From a virus (Duplodnaviria; Caudoviricetes), in IMG/VR virus record IMGVR_UViG_3300020239_000020, positions 1 through 25,988 of that record: a stretch of 25,988 nt of DNA; one strand, given 5' to 3'. The notes below the pieces were generated by a model. That model was not told the DNA's origin, ran no database searches, and saw only the letters and a program-made list of their open reading frames with translations. Numbering within the stretch: position 1 is the first letter of the stretch; every line of letters starts with the position of its first letter. Positions 25,758 to 25,988 of this stretch are shown here, piece by piece. A program made the translations under genes and the position numbers.

Positions 25758-25766
25758 ATATCAATT

Positions 25767-25979
25767 ATGAATGAATCTGAGATCAAAAATTTGATAGTAA
25801 CTTATCAAAAGAAAGTAAATGATTTTTTATCACAATCAATTGCTATGGAAGCAAAGGTTCTAACTCTAACTCAACAAGTAGAATCTTTAACATCAAAAAT
25901 TGCTGAACAAGAAAATGAATTAGTGAAGTTGAGAAAACCTAAAAGAACTACTAAAAATATAGATTCTGAGGCATTCTAA
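25767..25979 (+). CDS. Small coiled-coil hypothetical protein (70 aa)
   Basis: Heptad pattern MEAKVLTLTQQVESLTSKIAEQENEL. Lies downstream of a late promoter and is coupled to the next ORF by TAATG. Confidence 0.78.
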   Translation: MNESEIKNLIVTYQKKVNDFLSQSIAMEAKVLTLTQQVESLTSKIAEQENELVKLRKPKRTTKNIDSEAF

Positions 25980-25988
25980 TGGCAAAAC
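25979..25988 (+). CDS. Start of the next gene (MAK...), probably neck protein gp13; truncated by the window edge
   Basis: TAATG overlap, then ATG GCA AAA C. T4-like synteny puts gp13 here, and cyanophage gp13 commonly begins MAKP. Only three codons are visible. Confidence 0.4.

Noticed and set aside
1-25988. tRNA, rRNA or structured ncRNA genes
   Set aside because: Intergenic gaps are under about 60 nt and are occupied by promoters and a terminator. No cloverleaf or rRNA-like sequence was seen.

Overview
This window is the baseplate/tail morphogenesis module of a T4-like myovirus, most likely a marine cyanophage of the P-SSM2/S-SM2 type (inferred from gene order, protein sizes and recalled motifs; no search was run). 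All real genes are on the + strand and tightly packed: 5'-truncated gp6, a giant gp7-like wedge protein (3957 aa), gp8, a 2366-aa VrlC/DUF4815-like structural protein, four small ORFs, an 801-aa fibre-like protein, a small coiled-coil ORF, and the first codons of a gene that is probably neck protein gp13. T4-type late promoters (NNTAAATA) and one intrinsic terminator are visible. Best leads: (1) a cupredoxin-like domain with a complete type-1 copper ligand set (His...Cys-x2-His-x2-Met) inserted in the fibre, with a ligand-less relative in gp7; (2) a 58-aa NblA-like ORF inside the structural operon; (3) a 36-aa segment with 16 Arg in the VrlC-like protein; (4) a shared C-terminal hydrophobic-D-x-x-x-F motif on three consecutive proteins; (5) identical late-promoter boxes embedded about 100 nt upstream of both giant genes, plus a promoter fused to a terminator.
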